A DNA stretch of 64,000 nt from Rhynchopus sp. YZ270_cl-10. Taxonomy: Eukaryota. The stretch spans positions 248,001 through 312,000 of the forward strand of contig OZ037847.1 of the NCBI GenBank assembly GCA_964035575.1, written 5' to 3'. Positions 1-10,809 of this stretch are shown piece after piece (position 1 is the stretch's first letter; each line of letters begins with the position of its first letter). Position numbers and translations under genes: made by a program. The notes under the pieces were generated by a model. That model searched no databases. It saw only the letters and a list, made by a program, of their open reading frames with translations, and was not told the origin of the DNA.

Positions 1-602
1 TCTACATCTATGCAGGTAGGGCCGAAGAGACCTGCGAACTGGAAGAAGACACTTCCGTGCCACACACCTGCGGGGCGTTGGATGTACCGCAGGACACGGT
101 TCTGCGCAGTCTCGCAGAGGTATAGGGAGGCGCCGTCGGAAGACACTGCGACACCTGAGGGCTGTGCAAGCGACGACGATGCAACGGGTGTCACAGTCTG
201 TCCACGCACGTTCACAGCATACAAACTGCCCCGTGGGTTGGCCAGCGGCGACTCACCCAACGCACCTCCATCTGAAAAGAAGATGGTCCCATCAGGGCCA
301 ACTGCCACATCATTGGGCCCCACCAATGCAGTGCCCTGCACCTCCGTCACCAGGTCGGATGGCGCTCCGCCGCAAATCCGAAACACCCGCTGCTGAGCGG
401 CGTCTGCACCCAATAGCTGTCCTTCACGCCACACAAGCCCGCCAACACTCCCCATACTGCTCACCAGCTCCAACTCACCATCAGGGCTCATGCGGCGCAC
501 CTCTCCGCTGTTCCTATTCCCAATGTACACCCCATCAGGCGAAACGCATACACTACTTAACCCAGACTGCCCTTCCAGTACTTTGACCAGATCATCCGCC
601 AT
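1..602 (-). CDS. SMP-30/gluconolactonase (SGL)-family six-bladed beta-propeller, 3' part runs off the window
   Basis: Hand translation from ATG at 602 is open to base 1: MADDLVKVLEG...LVGPNDVAVGPDGTIFFSD...PRGSLYAV...LAQPSGVAVSSDGASLYLCETAQNRVLRY. PND..V.PDG.IFFSD and P.G.A.S.DG..LY..ET are SGL-type motifs. Absent from the ORF track because the stop lies outside the window. Confidence 0.85.
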   Translation of the reverse strand, partial: MADDLVKVLEGQSGLSSVCVSPDGVYIGNRNSGEVRRMSPDGELELVSSMGSVGGLVWREGQLLGADAAQQRVFRICGGAPSDLVTEVQGTALVGPNDVAVGPDGTIFFSDGGALGESPLANPRGSLYAVNVRGQTVTPVASSSLAQPSGVAVSSDGASLYLCETAQNRVLRYIQRPAGVWHGSVFFQFAGLFGPTCIDV

Positions 603-1096
603 TTTGTTCAGAAAGATCTGTGAAAAGGGTGGGAGATGAGGAGAGAAGAAGAGGTAAAACAAAAATGGATCTTTTTTTTAATGTGGCCATTTCGAGATTT
701 TTTTTTAACCCTCTTATTACACCTCCATTTGCCTCGATTTTGTGGGGGGGAATGGCCATGAAAACGGAAATAGAGGAAAAAAAGTTGGGGGAAAATGTCG
801 ATATCTTTTTAAAAAAACACACAATATCGAATGTTTCACATTGCGAAAGAAAGAAAGAAACGCCCCGGGGTTTTGGCAATGCAAATGTAAAAAAGGGGGG
901 AAGGGTAGAAAAATTTTATAAGATGAACCTAAGTCGTCTTCAAAGAAAAATCTGAATAGATAAAGTACCTCACGGACACATCTCTTCAGGTTTGTAAAAC
1001 CGAAAAAAAAAGAAGAAAAAAAAGAGTCTGAGGAAACTGGTCCTTCTCTCAAAAGCCGCGATTAAGCTGCCAAATATCGCAAATGTATTTTTTTTT

Positions 1097-1583
1097 GAAA
1101 AAACTTGGTTGTATTAGTGTAGCCACCCTAGAGCTATGCTGCACGCGCACGGCCGTACGTACGCGTACGCCGCACGTACGCCGTGCGCACTTTTTGAAAA
1201 TTTGCGGCGCACGCGTGCGCACGGCAGTGCGCACGGCCCTCATTCAACGTAGGAAGCCTAGCTCCTATACGTTGCCCTTTGTTGTACTGTACCAGCCCCT
1301 ATGCGCAGGGGGTTATCCCGGATTACAGCGCACTTCGAGAAAGGCGGAGAAACGCGTCTCACCCTCCTCTGATCGACGTCATGCGTCGGTTGCCGCCGCA
1401 GGCGGAGTGCAACAGGTGCCCCAACGGGCCAAAGTCTCGGGGGTTTTGCCGGATATTTTTTCATCCTTCACAATAAGTACTGCCGTACATACTGCCGTGC
1501 GCACGCCGTGCGCCGTGCGCACTTTCTCAGAATTTGCTGCGCACGCGTGCGCGTGCAGCATAGCCCTAGAGTGTGCTCCACTA
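1097..1583. repeat. Family A 47-bp hairpin element, split by a MITE
   Basis: GAAAAAACTTGGTTGTATTAGTGTAGCCACCCTAGAG [430 bp] CCCTAGAGTGTGCTCCACTA; an intact copy is at 8219-8265. Confidence 0.9.
1134..1563. mobile_element. Non-autonomous DNA transposon (MITE), hAT-like 8-bp TSD
   Basis: TIR CTATGCTGCACGCGCACG / CGTGCGCGTGCAGCATAG; CCCTAGAG duplicated at 1126-1133 and 1564-1571; GTGCGCAC subterminal repeats. A TA TSD with slightly imperfect TIRs is an alternative reading. Confidence 0.9.
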
Positions 1584-2075
1584 TGTTTCTCTCGAGTGTC
1601 CACAATTGCAATTTGTTTCCTTTTTTTTCTCAACCCCTCCCCTCCCCTCCCTCCCCCCCGCCCATCCCTGTACAATAAAAAAAAAAAGTAAAATTCTTGC
1701 ATCGTGGCAGCATTTTGGCTAAAATTGCGTATTTAAAATCACATTTTTTTTGCTTTTCTCCCATGAAACGTTGCACACGACACAATGTCTCTCTACCATT
1801 TCACGTAACACACATAGAGCGTAAAGACGCCTTTCTTTTAGCCCGCCATGCCTCCTTCACATACTTTCAAAAAGAGAAAAAAAAACGGTATCTTTTATTC
1901 CCTCCCACCCCCACCCCCACCCACCCCATTGCCCGCAATTCTCGCTTTTTTATTTAGAAAAAAATACAAAATTCGTTTATTTTTTAAAATTGAAAGGAAG
2001 GTTGCTTGGTTCTGTTCACGTTTGTTACAGTAAAGCGCTTTACTCTTGATTTTTTTTTTTTTTTAAATTTTTTTT

Positions 2076-2119
2076 GAAAACTTGGTACTAGTGTAGCCAC
2101 CCTAGAGTGCGCTCCACTA
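2076..2119. repeat. Family A hairpin element (variant)
   Basis: GAAAACTTGGTACTAGTGTAGCCACCCTAGAGTGCGCTCCACTA between T-runs. Confidence 0.9.
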
Positions 2120-2331
2120 ATTTTTGTTTATCAAATACAGTCCAGCCGGTAATTAAGGCGACGTTAAATTCCTTTGGTTTTTTAATTAATGTCGGGAGGG
2201 GATTTTCCCCGGAATAACGGTTTAGGGAAAAGGGAGTTATGTTTATGCCCGCAAACCCCAAAAAAACCCACAAAACCGACATAATCAAACACACCGGGAC
2301 CGCGTTTTTTTTTGTTCCCTATTTTTTTGTT

Positions 2332-2392
2332 GTATCGACAATCACCTACCGAGGTAGGATCTGTACACAATGTCGCCCTAAGGCTTTGTACT
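2332..2392. repeat. Family B structured element
   Basis: GTATCGACAATCA-CCTACC-GA-GGTAGG-ATCTGTACACAATGTCGCCCTAAGGCTTTGTAC. Confidence 0.8.
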
Positions 2393-2504
2393 TAATCGGT
2401 ATGGACGGAGGCCATCCTCAACCCTAGAAAGTAGCTTTTTTTTTTTTTTAATGCTCATTTCCCCTCCTCCCCCTCCTCCCCCTCCTCCTTCTCTCCTCCA
2501 TTTT

Positions 2505-5198
2505 TCACCCCGAGGTTTTTTCTTTGGGTGAAGCTGCGCCTCCTGCTCCCACTACTGGAGGTGCTTGTATCTGCAGCCAGGGGTGGTCCAGCATCTCACC
2601 TGCACTTGGTCGTTCCTTGGGATCGAAGTCGATCATTGGCTCCAAAAACTTGGACAGCCCATCTGCCTCTGTCTGACTCAAACCATAGTTCTTCTGGATA
2701 AATTTATTCAGCGGAAGCGGCTGCAACGACGAGTATCGGAACTGCCCACTTGCTGTGAAGAAACGCGAAATGTGCTGTCCATTCCCTTTTGTCAGCGCTT
2801 CCGGGACCTCTCCTATTACTTGGCGGAACAGCATCCAGTGGTCTGTTTTTAATTATTTTTTTTTGATAAAAATGAGGGAAAATGAGGGAGGAAGTGGAGT
2901 GGAAACATACAAACGTCCATATCAACTTCCTTTTGTCTTTTGGGGTCGAACAAAAAGTCGCCAGTCATGAGTTCAAAGACGATGCAGGCGAGACTCCATA
3001 TGTCAATGCGTGGGGTAAGCTTCTGTACTCCGAGGATCACTTCAGGGCAGCGGTATTCACGTGTCTGGACAACCATGATGGGGCACACCTCGGTGACCCA
3101 GCGGGCTGCGCCGAAGTCGGTGATCTTCACCTTGTAGATACGGCCGAGCGCTTCTATCATAGACTCGTTAGGCTCGCACACAACAGTCCCGACATATGCA
3201 TCGTTGCTGTGCTGGATATCGTTCTCCACACGCGCCTCGTCTTCGTCCCCAAGGGCGGCCGCAATGTCGCGAATCACCTTCTCATCCTTCGCCAACAGAA
3301 GAATGTTCTCAGGCTTCAAATCAGTGTGGATCACCCCCACGCTTTCCTCGAGGTACTGCAGTCTGTGGGGGTGATGGATATGAAAATTGGGGTGGAGGGG
3401 GTGTGGAAGAATGACATACCCTCGCAGGATGTTGGCTGTGATGACCTTCACGATGTTCGCATTAATCCCACGGAAGTTGTGCGACGTAATCAGCTTCAAA
3501 AGGTTCGGCCCCAAAGGCTCAAGCACCATGCTGACATGGGTACCATGCGGGCCCTCTATTTCGAAGTAGTCCATTAGCCTCACCACGTAGTCTTTGTTTG
3601 GGTCGGAAGAGGAGCTGTAAGGTTGGATATTGTTTGTATTTAAATCAATCATCAGGTTTGAAAACTCTACGAAAAAAAAAAATCACATACTCTGCGTATG
3701 CAGACATCTTCTTCAGAATGCCTACCTCATAGAGACAAGCGTTGCCAAACTCTGGTGTGCTTTTGCAGATCTTGAGGGCAGAGAGCTCGGTGCTTTCTTG
3801 GAGGTTGTGGACGAGCCAGACGGTGGAGAATTTCCCCCAGCCGAGCTTGCAGAGGACTTTGTAGCGGTCGGAGTAGACGTCACCTATGTGGACACGATGG
3901 TAGCCACCTTCGCAGTATTCGTCTTCGGCCTCCTGGTCGTCGCAGGCGTGCCACATCTCTTCTTCCTTTGCGCTTTCTGCGCCGGACTCAGAGCGGCAGA
4001 GTTGGTTCTCTGGGTCGACGATCATGCCGCCCAAGCCAACATTCGACACAGAGCTGAGCAGCTTTGCAAAGAGAAGCGACCACCCGCTGCACACCAGGAA
4101 CAACGCCCACAGCTCCGACACCACCTCGTTGCGAAGCAGGAGTGATACACACACCGACCACACGACGCCGCAGAACTGCAGCGTAACGTATGGGTTGATG
4201 GAAGGGTCCGAGCAGGGTCCTCTCAAGGTGAAGAGGGAGGTGGTGGTGTCGCCCCGTCGTGACGCGAGAAGGAGCAGCCCCGCGCAGGCAAGGGTGAGCA
4301 CGCTGACGAAGAGCGATTGGTCGCCTTCATTGCTGAAGACCACTGCTGCGCAGACGACGAACTTTGCAGTTCTGTCAAAGGTGGTGAAGTATGGGAGGAA
4401 GTAGGGCTGCAGGGATTTACACATCCCGAGCACCGAGGAAAAGAGCACCGACGCCACGAGAAGATGTTGCAAAGAGAAGAACCCGAAGAAGAGCACAACC
4501 GCATGAGTACCACGCCAGCACATCCCATGCGGCCCTGTGAAGAGCGACGGCTGCACACAGCGCATTGCCCGCATGATCGACAACGTAATGGTAATGAACA
4601 GTAGCGACGTCAACGCTGTGACACTTGACAACAAATCAGCATATTTATTCCTTCCATGCATCTTTGTCGACGCTGCTGAAACATTCAACACTATAAGCCA
4701 CAAAAACACTATCGACACCGACACACAAAACACCAACATCTCTATATTCCCCAACCCCGTATCCAACACCAACAAATTAAAGACGGAATGCGGGGTTCTC
4801 GACGCTCTTGTCAGACACAAACTCGAAAGCTGCACCATATCAACCACCGTCGTCCCCAACGTCATGAAATATGTTAATGAATGAAACCCTGCCTGCGAGA
4901 CATTCCGCGGGGGTTTGAAGGATTTTAGCTTGAAGAATGAGAGGGCTAACAGAGGGCCGATGAACATCGTGTATTGTACCAAGGTGAGCGCGCTGGCTAC
5001 GAGAGGTGATGTAGAAGCGCCGCCGAAAAATCCGAAGAAAGGGAGAAGGTACGCCACCATCTGCACCACGCAGAGGAGCGGCAGCACGGCGTCGTCTTGC
5101 CGCCAGGCGTATTCACGGTCCAAGCCCTCATCCTCCCCCACCGACTCCAGCTGGTAATATGCGTTCTGTACACACGGCACCACCCCCACCACACCCAT
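2505..5198 (-). CDS. SRPK-type (SR-protein, CMGC) Ser/Thr kinase with an in-frame N-terminal multi-pass membrane region; 3 introns
   Basis: Motifs YCEGGYHRVHIGD, LGWGKFSTVW, ALKI, HTDLKPEN, spacer, ITDFG, VQTREYRCPE, DIWSLAC, FELMTGDFLFDP. ORFs 3645-5294, 2849-3652 and 2505-2834 join through GTATG..AG introns 3615-3690, 3363-3419 and 2843-2910. First in-frame ATG is 5198, but the frame is open to an AG at 5368-5369, so the start is uncertain. Confidence 0.85.
2843..2910 (-). other. Spliceosomal intron (68 bp), kinase gene
   Basis: GTATGT...AAACAG; splicing gives EVDMDVYHWMLFRQVIG in frame. Confidence 0.8.
3363..3419 (-). other. Spliceosomal intron (57 bp, in frame, stop-free), kinase gene
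   Basis: GTATGT...CCACAG; removal restores ILRGLQYL upstream of HTDLKPEN. Confidence 0.85.
3615..3690 (-). other. Spliceosomal intron (76 bp), kinase gene
   Basis: GTATGT...TTACAG; joins KMSAYAD to SSSDPNKDYVVRLMDYF. Confidence 0.85.
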
Positions 5199-5492
5199 CA
5201 CCCGGTGCGGGAACAACTCCCCCAGCCACACCCCGCCATCACCCTCTCTCTCATTGTCAGAGAACCCGGTCCGCGCCCCTTCGCTCGGTTTCAACCCCTT
5301 TCGAAGGGCGGGGCCACCCGTAGTCCCAACGTACGTTTTGATATTGCCGTTTGCAGGTATCCGGGGCCTTCAAGGCAAGAGATCAATTTAAAAAAAATCT
5401 AAAAAAAAAAAAAACTCAGAATGGTGTCATACGATGTTTTTTTGTGTAATGTTTCTGAGTTGATAAAGGGGTTGATAAAGGGGGATGGGAGA

Positions 5493-5626
5493 CACAGCAG
5501 AGAATAAGACTCACCGGACCGGACCCGGTTATTCTCAGCCGGACTGGGAACCGAGACCTGAACCGGGACCTTGACCGGGAACCTTACCAGGATTGGGACC
5601 GGGGACCCGGCATATTCTCTGTTGTG
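5493..5626. mobile_element. 134-bp hAT-like MITE, same family as 56715-56905
   Basis: TIR CACAGCAGAGAATA / TATTCTCTGTTGTG; flanks ATGGGAGA / ATGGGAGG; internal GGACCCGG repeats; shares GGACCCGGTTATTCTCAGCCGGACTGGGA with 56744-56772. Confidence 0.8.
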
Positions 5627-6300
5627 ATGGGAGGGAGGGGTGGATTAAAATGTGCAGTTTCCTTTTTGGTTAAATCTTAAAAAAGCGAGAAAAAGAGAAG
5701 AAGAGAGAGATAGAGAATATTTAGAAAGAAAGACATCGGGGGTGCGTGGGTGGGGGTATTGGGGTGGGAGGTGGGAGGTGGAAAAAAAATATGGAGGAAA
5801 GCAAGAATCTTTTACGATTCTCGTTAACGTCGTTGGTTTACACCAGGTCGGATGTAATGGGGAAAAAAGGTGAACGGTTTTTTAGAAAGATAAAAAAACT
5901 CGAGCATCAGAACTCAAGCATCTTATCTCAAGGCTTTAGCGCAGACACCTGAATGACATAAAACCAGATAGGAGATCTCATCTACTCCCTAATGGAAAAA
6001 AAAATCATCCAAGGTGCCTGCAGCCTAAAATCTACAATAAAAAAAGAGAAAAAAGAAAGAGGGTAGGGGTTGAGGGAAGGGAACCTGCCTTCTCAAGAAA
6101 GACAACTGAAAAATGAAAACGAAGGTGTGTTTATGCATGCCAAACAAATTTGTTGTTTCTCTTCCATCACTAAACAATATCATGGCTTTACCCCGTCTAC
6201 TTTCAGAGTCTTAGCAACAGAAGACAAACTCTTATTGGAAGAGAAAAGATACATGGGGGGAGGGGAAGGTTGGAAATAAAAAGGGGAAGGGGGAAAAAAG

Positions 6301-6430
6301 TTTACAAGATGAACTTACTGGGGACGAATACACGAGGCACCTCTTGTATTAGACTCTTCCTATATTTTTTCTCCGTACGTCTAACATGAGAGGTACCTCT
6401 AGTATTCACCCCCCACAGTACTTCGTTTTT
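6301..6430. repeat. Family C element with an extended (~120 nt) hairpin
   Basis: Head TTTACAAGATGAAC, then GAATAC..GAGGCACCTC..TTAGAC pairing imperfectly with GTCTAA..GAGGTACCTC..GTATTC. Confidence 0.65.
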
Positions 6431-6745
6431 TTCGCTACCTTTTAGAAGTTATTTTCATATACTTTCTATTCCACTGAACAGAAGGTATAATAGGGTGCAC
6501 TAAATGTACCCTATACAAGAATACTCAAGAGAAATTGAAAAAAAAGTGCAAACCGCCTCGGCACTGAGCGCACTATAAAAAAAAATCTTGTAGAAGGCTG
6601 GGGGGAAAGGGGAAAAACAATGTGTGGCTGAGAAAAAAAGAAGCTTTTTTTTTTTCTTCCTCCGGGGGAAGGAGGAGGGGGGAGACAGCCAAACATAAAA
6701 TAAGCTGAACGATTTCTTCGTTGTAGGTCTCTCTTTGCTCCAAGA

Positions 6746-7631
6746 CAGGGTTGTTCCTTGTTCTCGGGAAAAACAGCAAAATTCTGGATTTATGTTCCCG
6801 TTTTTTTCCTTTTTTTGGGTGGGGTTTTTTGCCCTTTTTCGGGCTTTCCGAGCTCTACCCTCACTGTAGTGGGGTCATTTCGAGAAAATGGACAAGTTCT
6901 TGATTGATACAAATTTTGGTTACGACCACTAGTGAGTTGCTCACAATGCTAAATGAGTGTCAGAACTGTGATTCTGGGCCCACTTTAACCGCCCTTCGAA
7001 ATTCAAAAAGGGGTCCCAAACCCGGGCGCGCTACACTCGCGCGGAACTTTTTGCAGCTTTGGTCTAGTTGCATTTTTGGCTGCAAAATGCAAGGGGACCC
7101 CCAAAGACGTTGGGAATATTATTTGGATGGGGCAGTGATTTTGTACCTGTATACACGCTCCCTCGCGGTAACCGCGTGCATGCCAATGAAGTGCTCTCTG
7201 GGGTTCGATAACCCGTGGAACCAGTGCTTCCGCCGATGAACGGTGAGGCGTTGCACTTCTCTTTTTGCGGAGCAAAAAATAATATAAATGGCGCCGCAGG
7301 CAAAAAATTTTGAGTACAGTGTAAAAATCTAGCTTCCAACGAACCCTTTTTTGTAGAGCAAAAAATGAAAAATGGCGCCGCAGGCAAAAAAAAATTGGGG
7401 GTACAGCCCTGACGGTGCAGGATTTTGTTGTCAATTTTTTTTTTCTTGCCCCCTGAAAACTCTTGCTTTTGAGAGTTTCGACCATTTCACCACACTGGTG
7501 GTGTGTCACCTACAGTGAAACCCACTAGAAACCACAAGAAAGCCCCCCAAGGAAAAAAAGGAAAAAAAAAAAGGAAAAAAAAACTAAAATCCAGAATTTC
7601 ATGTTCTCGGTCCCACTTAGGAACTTCCCTG
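6746..7631. mobile_element. Non-autonomous hAT-like transposon
   Basis: TIR CAGGGTTGTTCC / GGAACTTCCCTG; perfect 8-bp TSD CTCCAAGA (6738-6745, 7632-7639); internal ATGGCGCCGCAGGCAAAAA repeats are the reverse complement of ~53700-53830. Confidence 0.9.
7192..7261. repeat. Family D element, inverted copy inside the hAT-like element
   Basis: CTCTGGGGTTCGATAACCCGTGGAACCAGTGC...GAACGGTGAGGCGTTGCACTTCTC matches the reverse complement of 42589-42675. Confidence 0.8.
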
Positions 7632-7668
7632 CTCCAAGACATTTTTTTTTTTTTTTTTTTTGATTCTT

Positions 7669-7714
7669 GAAAACTTGGTTGTAGTAGTGTAGATACCGAG
7701 GATGAACCCCACTA
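7669..7714. repeat. Family A hairpin element (subfamily 2)
   Basis: GAAAACTTGGTTGTAGTAGTGTAGATACCGAGGATGAACCCCACTA. Confidence 0.85.
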
Positions 7715-8218
7715 TAACCACCTTCCAACTTAATTCTTTTTGAAACAATCAAGTTGGAAAATTCAAACAAGATATTCCCCCTTCATACAGCCATACAACA
7801 AACGGTGGGGGAAAAAACACCCTCCTAAGAGTTCTGAAATCCTATGTTTTCCCCCAGTGTTTTGTTATATGAGTGTACATATTTTAACAAAAAAATTGTC
7901 GAAGAGAATGCACCACCTTTCTGCTCTAAACCTAGAATTCACCGATCGCCTAATTTCACACTAAAAAAGAAAATCAAGGGAGAGGGGGCAACAGGGAGAG
8001 ATCTGTTGTTTTTTTTGTTGTTGTTCAAAACGAACAAAAAAAGAGGATGATTTCTTTGATGATACAATAGATGGAGCACTTCATCCCTCAAAAGAGAGTG
8101 TGGCGGAGATGTGTTTTGTTTTTGGCATTCCTGCAAAACTCTAAACATGAGGTCCCCATTGTTTATCAGTTGTTTACTAACCAGAGTATATTCTGACCAG
8201 AGAGATTTTTTGAATTTT

Positions 8219-8265
8219 GAAAACTTGGTTGTATTAGTGTAGCCACCCTAGAGTGTGCTCCACTA
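8219..8265. repeat. Family A 47-bp hairpin element (consensus copy)
   Basis: GAAAACTTGGTTGTATTAGTGTAGCCACCCTAGAGTGTGCTCCACTA, identical to 45463-45509 and 48406-48452. Confidence 0.95.
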
Positions 8266-8280
8266 TCCACGAAATTTTTT

Positions 8281-8329
8281 GTCTCGACAATCACCCACCA
8301 AAAGAGGTGGATTCTGACGGCTCAATGTC
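8281..8329. repeat. Family B structured element (truncated)
   Basis: TCGACAATCAC-CCACC-AAAAGA-GGTGG-ATTCTGACGGCTCAATGTC. Confidence 0.75.
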
Positions 8330-8450
8330 TTCTTTTTTTTTCTCTTGAAAAATACTGTGCATGGCGAGAATGCTCTCCCCTATTATTTTTTTGCACATTT
8401 TTCCAATTGACACACGTTGGGATTGTAAATAAAAAACGGTATTTTTTTTT

Positions 8451-8521
8451 GTTATCAATTCGCCTATAGTTCCCGGTAGGTAACTTAAGGGTCTGTACTC
8501 AAATGTTGGCCGAAAAGCCTT
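8451..8521. repeat. Family B structured element (divergent)
   Basis: TCAATTCG-CCTATAGTTCC..GGTAACTTAAGG-GTCTGTACTCAAATGTTGGCCGAAAAGCC. Confidence 0.7.
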
Positions 8522-10223
8522 TAACAGCAGCTTTTTTTGATGAAAAAGGACCCTTCAGGGTAGTCCGTATTGTGGTTTTAATTTTGTTGATAAATTGTTG
8601 GAGTAGTGTAGTTGCCTCGGTAGTGTTGCCACAGTTGTGCAAGCTCCCTGTCTCCATGTATATTTTTTTTTTTTTTTAAACATCGCAAAAAAGATGCTTC
8701 CATATATTTGACAACCATTGTATTTCTCTTGCTCGGGGCTGACTCAGTCTCGCAAAAAAAAAGAAAAAAAAAAAGTATTTTTGGGGGGTCAAAAAAAAAA
8801 AAAAATGACTTGAAGCGATGCGCTTCGCCACGGTAAAAAGAGAAGCAAAAAAAATGCTGATATCTGTAACACATATCTCGAAAAAAGCGTAAAGTAAGAT
8901 TTTCAAACTGAAGGGGAAGACGCCCTTTCCCTTTGTTTCAAAAAACCTATATTTTTTTTTAACAAACAACCAAATCGGAGAGAGTCAGCCACACAATTTC
9001 CCTTATTCTGTATCAACAGAATACACTCCTATCAAATCATCAACATAAGACAGGACAAACGCAGTGATATCAATACGTTATCAGACCCTTCCCATCTGAC
9101 CGTACAAAAAAGAACTGTGAAGGGGCACCCTGTTCTGTTCTCCCATATTTCTTGGGAAACAATAAATGGAAGCAGGGCCCTGTGTGGGTAGAGAAATGTA
9201 AAAAAAAAACGTAAAATAGATTTCTTCACAGATGAACGGGCCTTACAGGATACCGTACCATGCTCAAAAAAATCGATTTTAGAAGAAAAAATATAAAAAA
9301 AAAGCAGAACGGCGAAAGTCGGCACGATGCAAACCTCTAAGGTGCAGGCATATGCCAACTCTGACGCAAAAGAGGAAAAAATAAAACTAAAAAATGGGTA
9401 AAGTTGCAAAGTGTTAACACCTCCACGGACGCAAGCACGATGCAAAAAAAAAAAGGGGGGAATAATGCACAAAGGCATTGTCGTGTGACGAACTATTCTT
9501 GGAAAAAACCCCAGAAAAGTTGGTCAAAAAAATGTGTTGTGTGGGTTTGAGTGAAAATAAAAATGTGATTGTGTGAGTGAGTGTGTGAATATTCTTTTCT
9601 TCCTTGCTAAACATTATGAATGGGGGGGGGGTTTTTTTTTTCCTTTTGAGCTCTTCGAGAGAATAAACACTGTGCAAAGTAGTGCGGGAAGAAAGGGGAA
9701 GAAAGGGGGAAGGGAAGCCTTGCGCAACCATACAAAAAAAAAAATGTCCACTTAAAATGCAAAATTTTACAAGAATGCATAATGACCGTTTTTAATTTTG
9801 TTAGAAACGCTTTCAGGCGTGCTCCTATTTTGACAACCGAAAAGGGGGGTGGGTATTAGGGGAAAAAAAAATCTCCTTTTGGAAATGGTGTACTGTGAAT
9901 CAAACGCAGTTTACACAAAAACCTAACCAAATATTGGAGAACTGTGGAAAATTGAAAATTGAAAGATGACTCTAAGCTGCCACTCTCCAATGATGATTGT
10001 ATTGTGATAATGTGATAATTTCCTATCATAATACACATAATACAGCTCATTATGGGAAATCATCACAATACAATACATCACCGAAGTCATCTCCTGCTTA
10101 GTAACCTTTATGTAAAACCTGAGCTTCGAAAGAATATAGGTGGGGGAGGGGAGAGGGGAGATGGGGAATGCACCTTGAGATGGGGATATTCAAGGGGTCG
10201 TATTTTTTTTTGTGATTTTTTTT

Positions 10224-10270
10224 GAAAACTTGGTTGTATTAGTGTAGACACCCGAGGATGAACTGCACTA
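10224..10270. repeat. Family A hairpin element (subfamily 2)
   Basis: GAAAACTTGGTTGTATTAGTGTAGACACCCGAGGATGAACTGCACTA. Confidence 0.9.
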
Positions 10271-10552
10271 TACATTTTTTTTTTGTTGTTGCATTCCCCA
10301 GGGATATGAAGGGAGGATTGTAAGAAAAGTTATAAAAAAAGGGGACAAAAGGTGAAAAAAAAGCTTCTGTTTTTTGTCTTGTACTTTGTTACTCGAGTTA
10401 CCATATTTTCACCAAAACGGTGTGCGTAACTTTTAGTACCAAGGATATGAAGGGGGAGAAGAAGAGGTGGGGTCATTTAACTGTTGAATAGATAGATGCG
10501 ATCGATCGAATTGGGGACAAAAACTGTGAAAATAAAATAAAATAAAATAAAA

Positions 10553-10603
10553 GAGAAGTTGAAAGTGCAAACGCCTCACCCTGCATCGGGCGGACGCAGG
10601 CAC
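10553..10603. repeat. Family D hairpin element
   Basis: GAGAAGTTGAAAGTGCAAACGCCTCACC..GGACGCAGGCAC. Confidence 0.85.
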
Positions 10604-10809
10604 AAAAAAAAAAAATAATCCCCGACCCATTGACTAAAAAGCGTTGGGGCTGAAGAGCCCGTTCGGAAGGGATGTGGGAGGGATTTTTTTTGATGATAAT
10701 TTTGAACAGTTTCTCCACTATTCGGATAATTCGCGATTTTTTTTATATAAAAACTCTGGCACCGATAGGCACTCCAGTAACATACGAAATAAATGCATTT
10801 TTTTTTTTT

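Noticed and set aside
10..586. Plus-strand ORFs 10-396 and 164-586
   Set aside because: Shadows of the minus-strand SGL-family gene.
8219..8265. Family A as a CRISPR repeat or spliced-leader exon
   Set aside because: Copies are dispersed over kilobases without regular spacers, no cas genes are present, and it does not resemble the euglenozoan SL exons I recall.
9073..9258. Possible TA-flanked MITE (TACGTTATC / GATACCGTA)
   Set aside because: Inverted match is too short and degenerate to call.
10553..10603. GTGAGG on the minus strand of family D as donors of micro-exons
   Set aside because: The 59618 copy lacks it and no coherent coding micro-exons could be assembled; cannot be fully excluded without RNA-seq.
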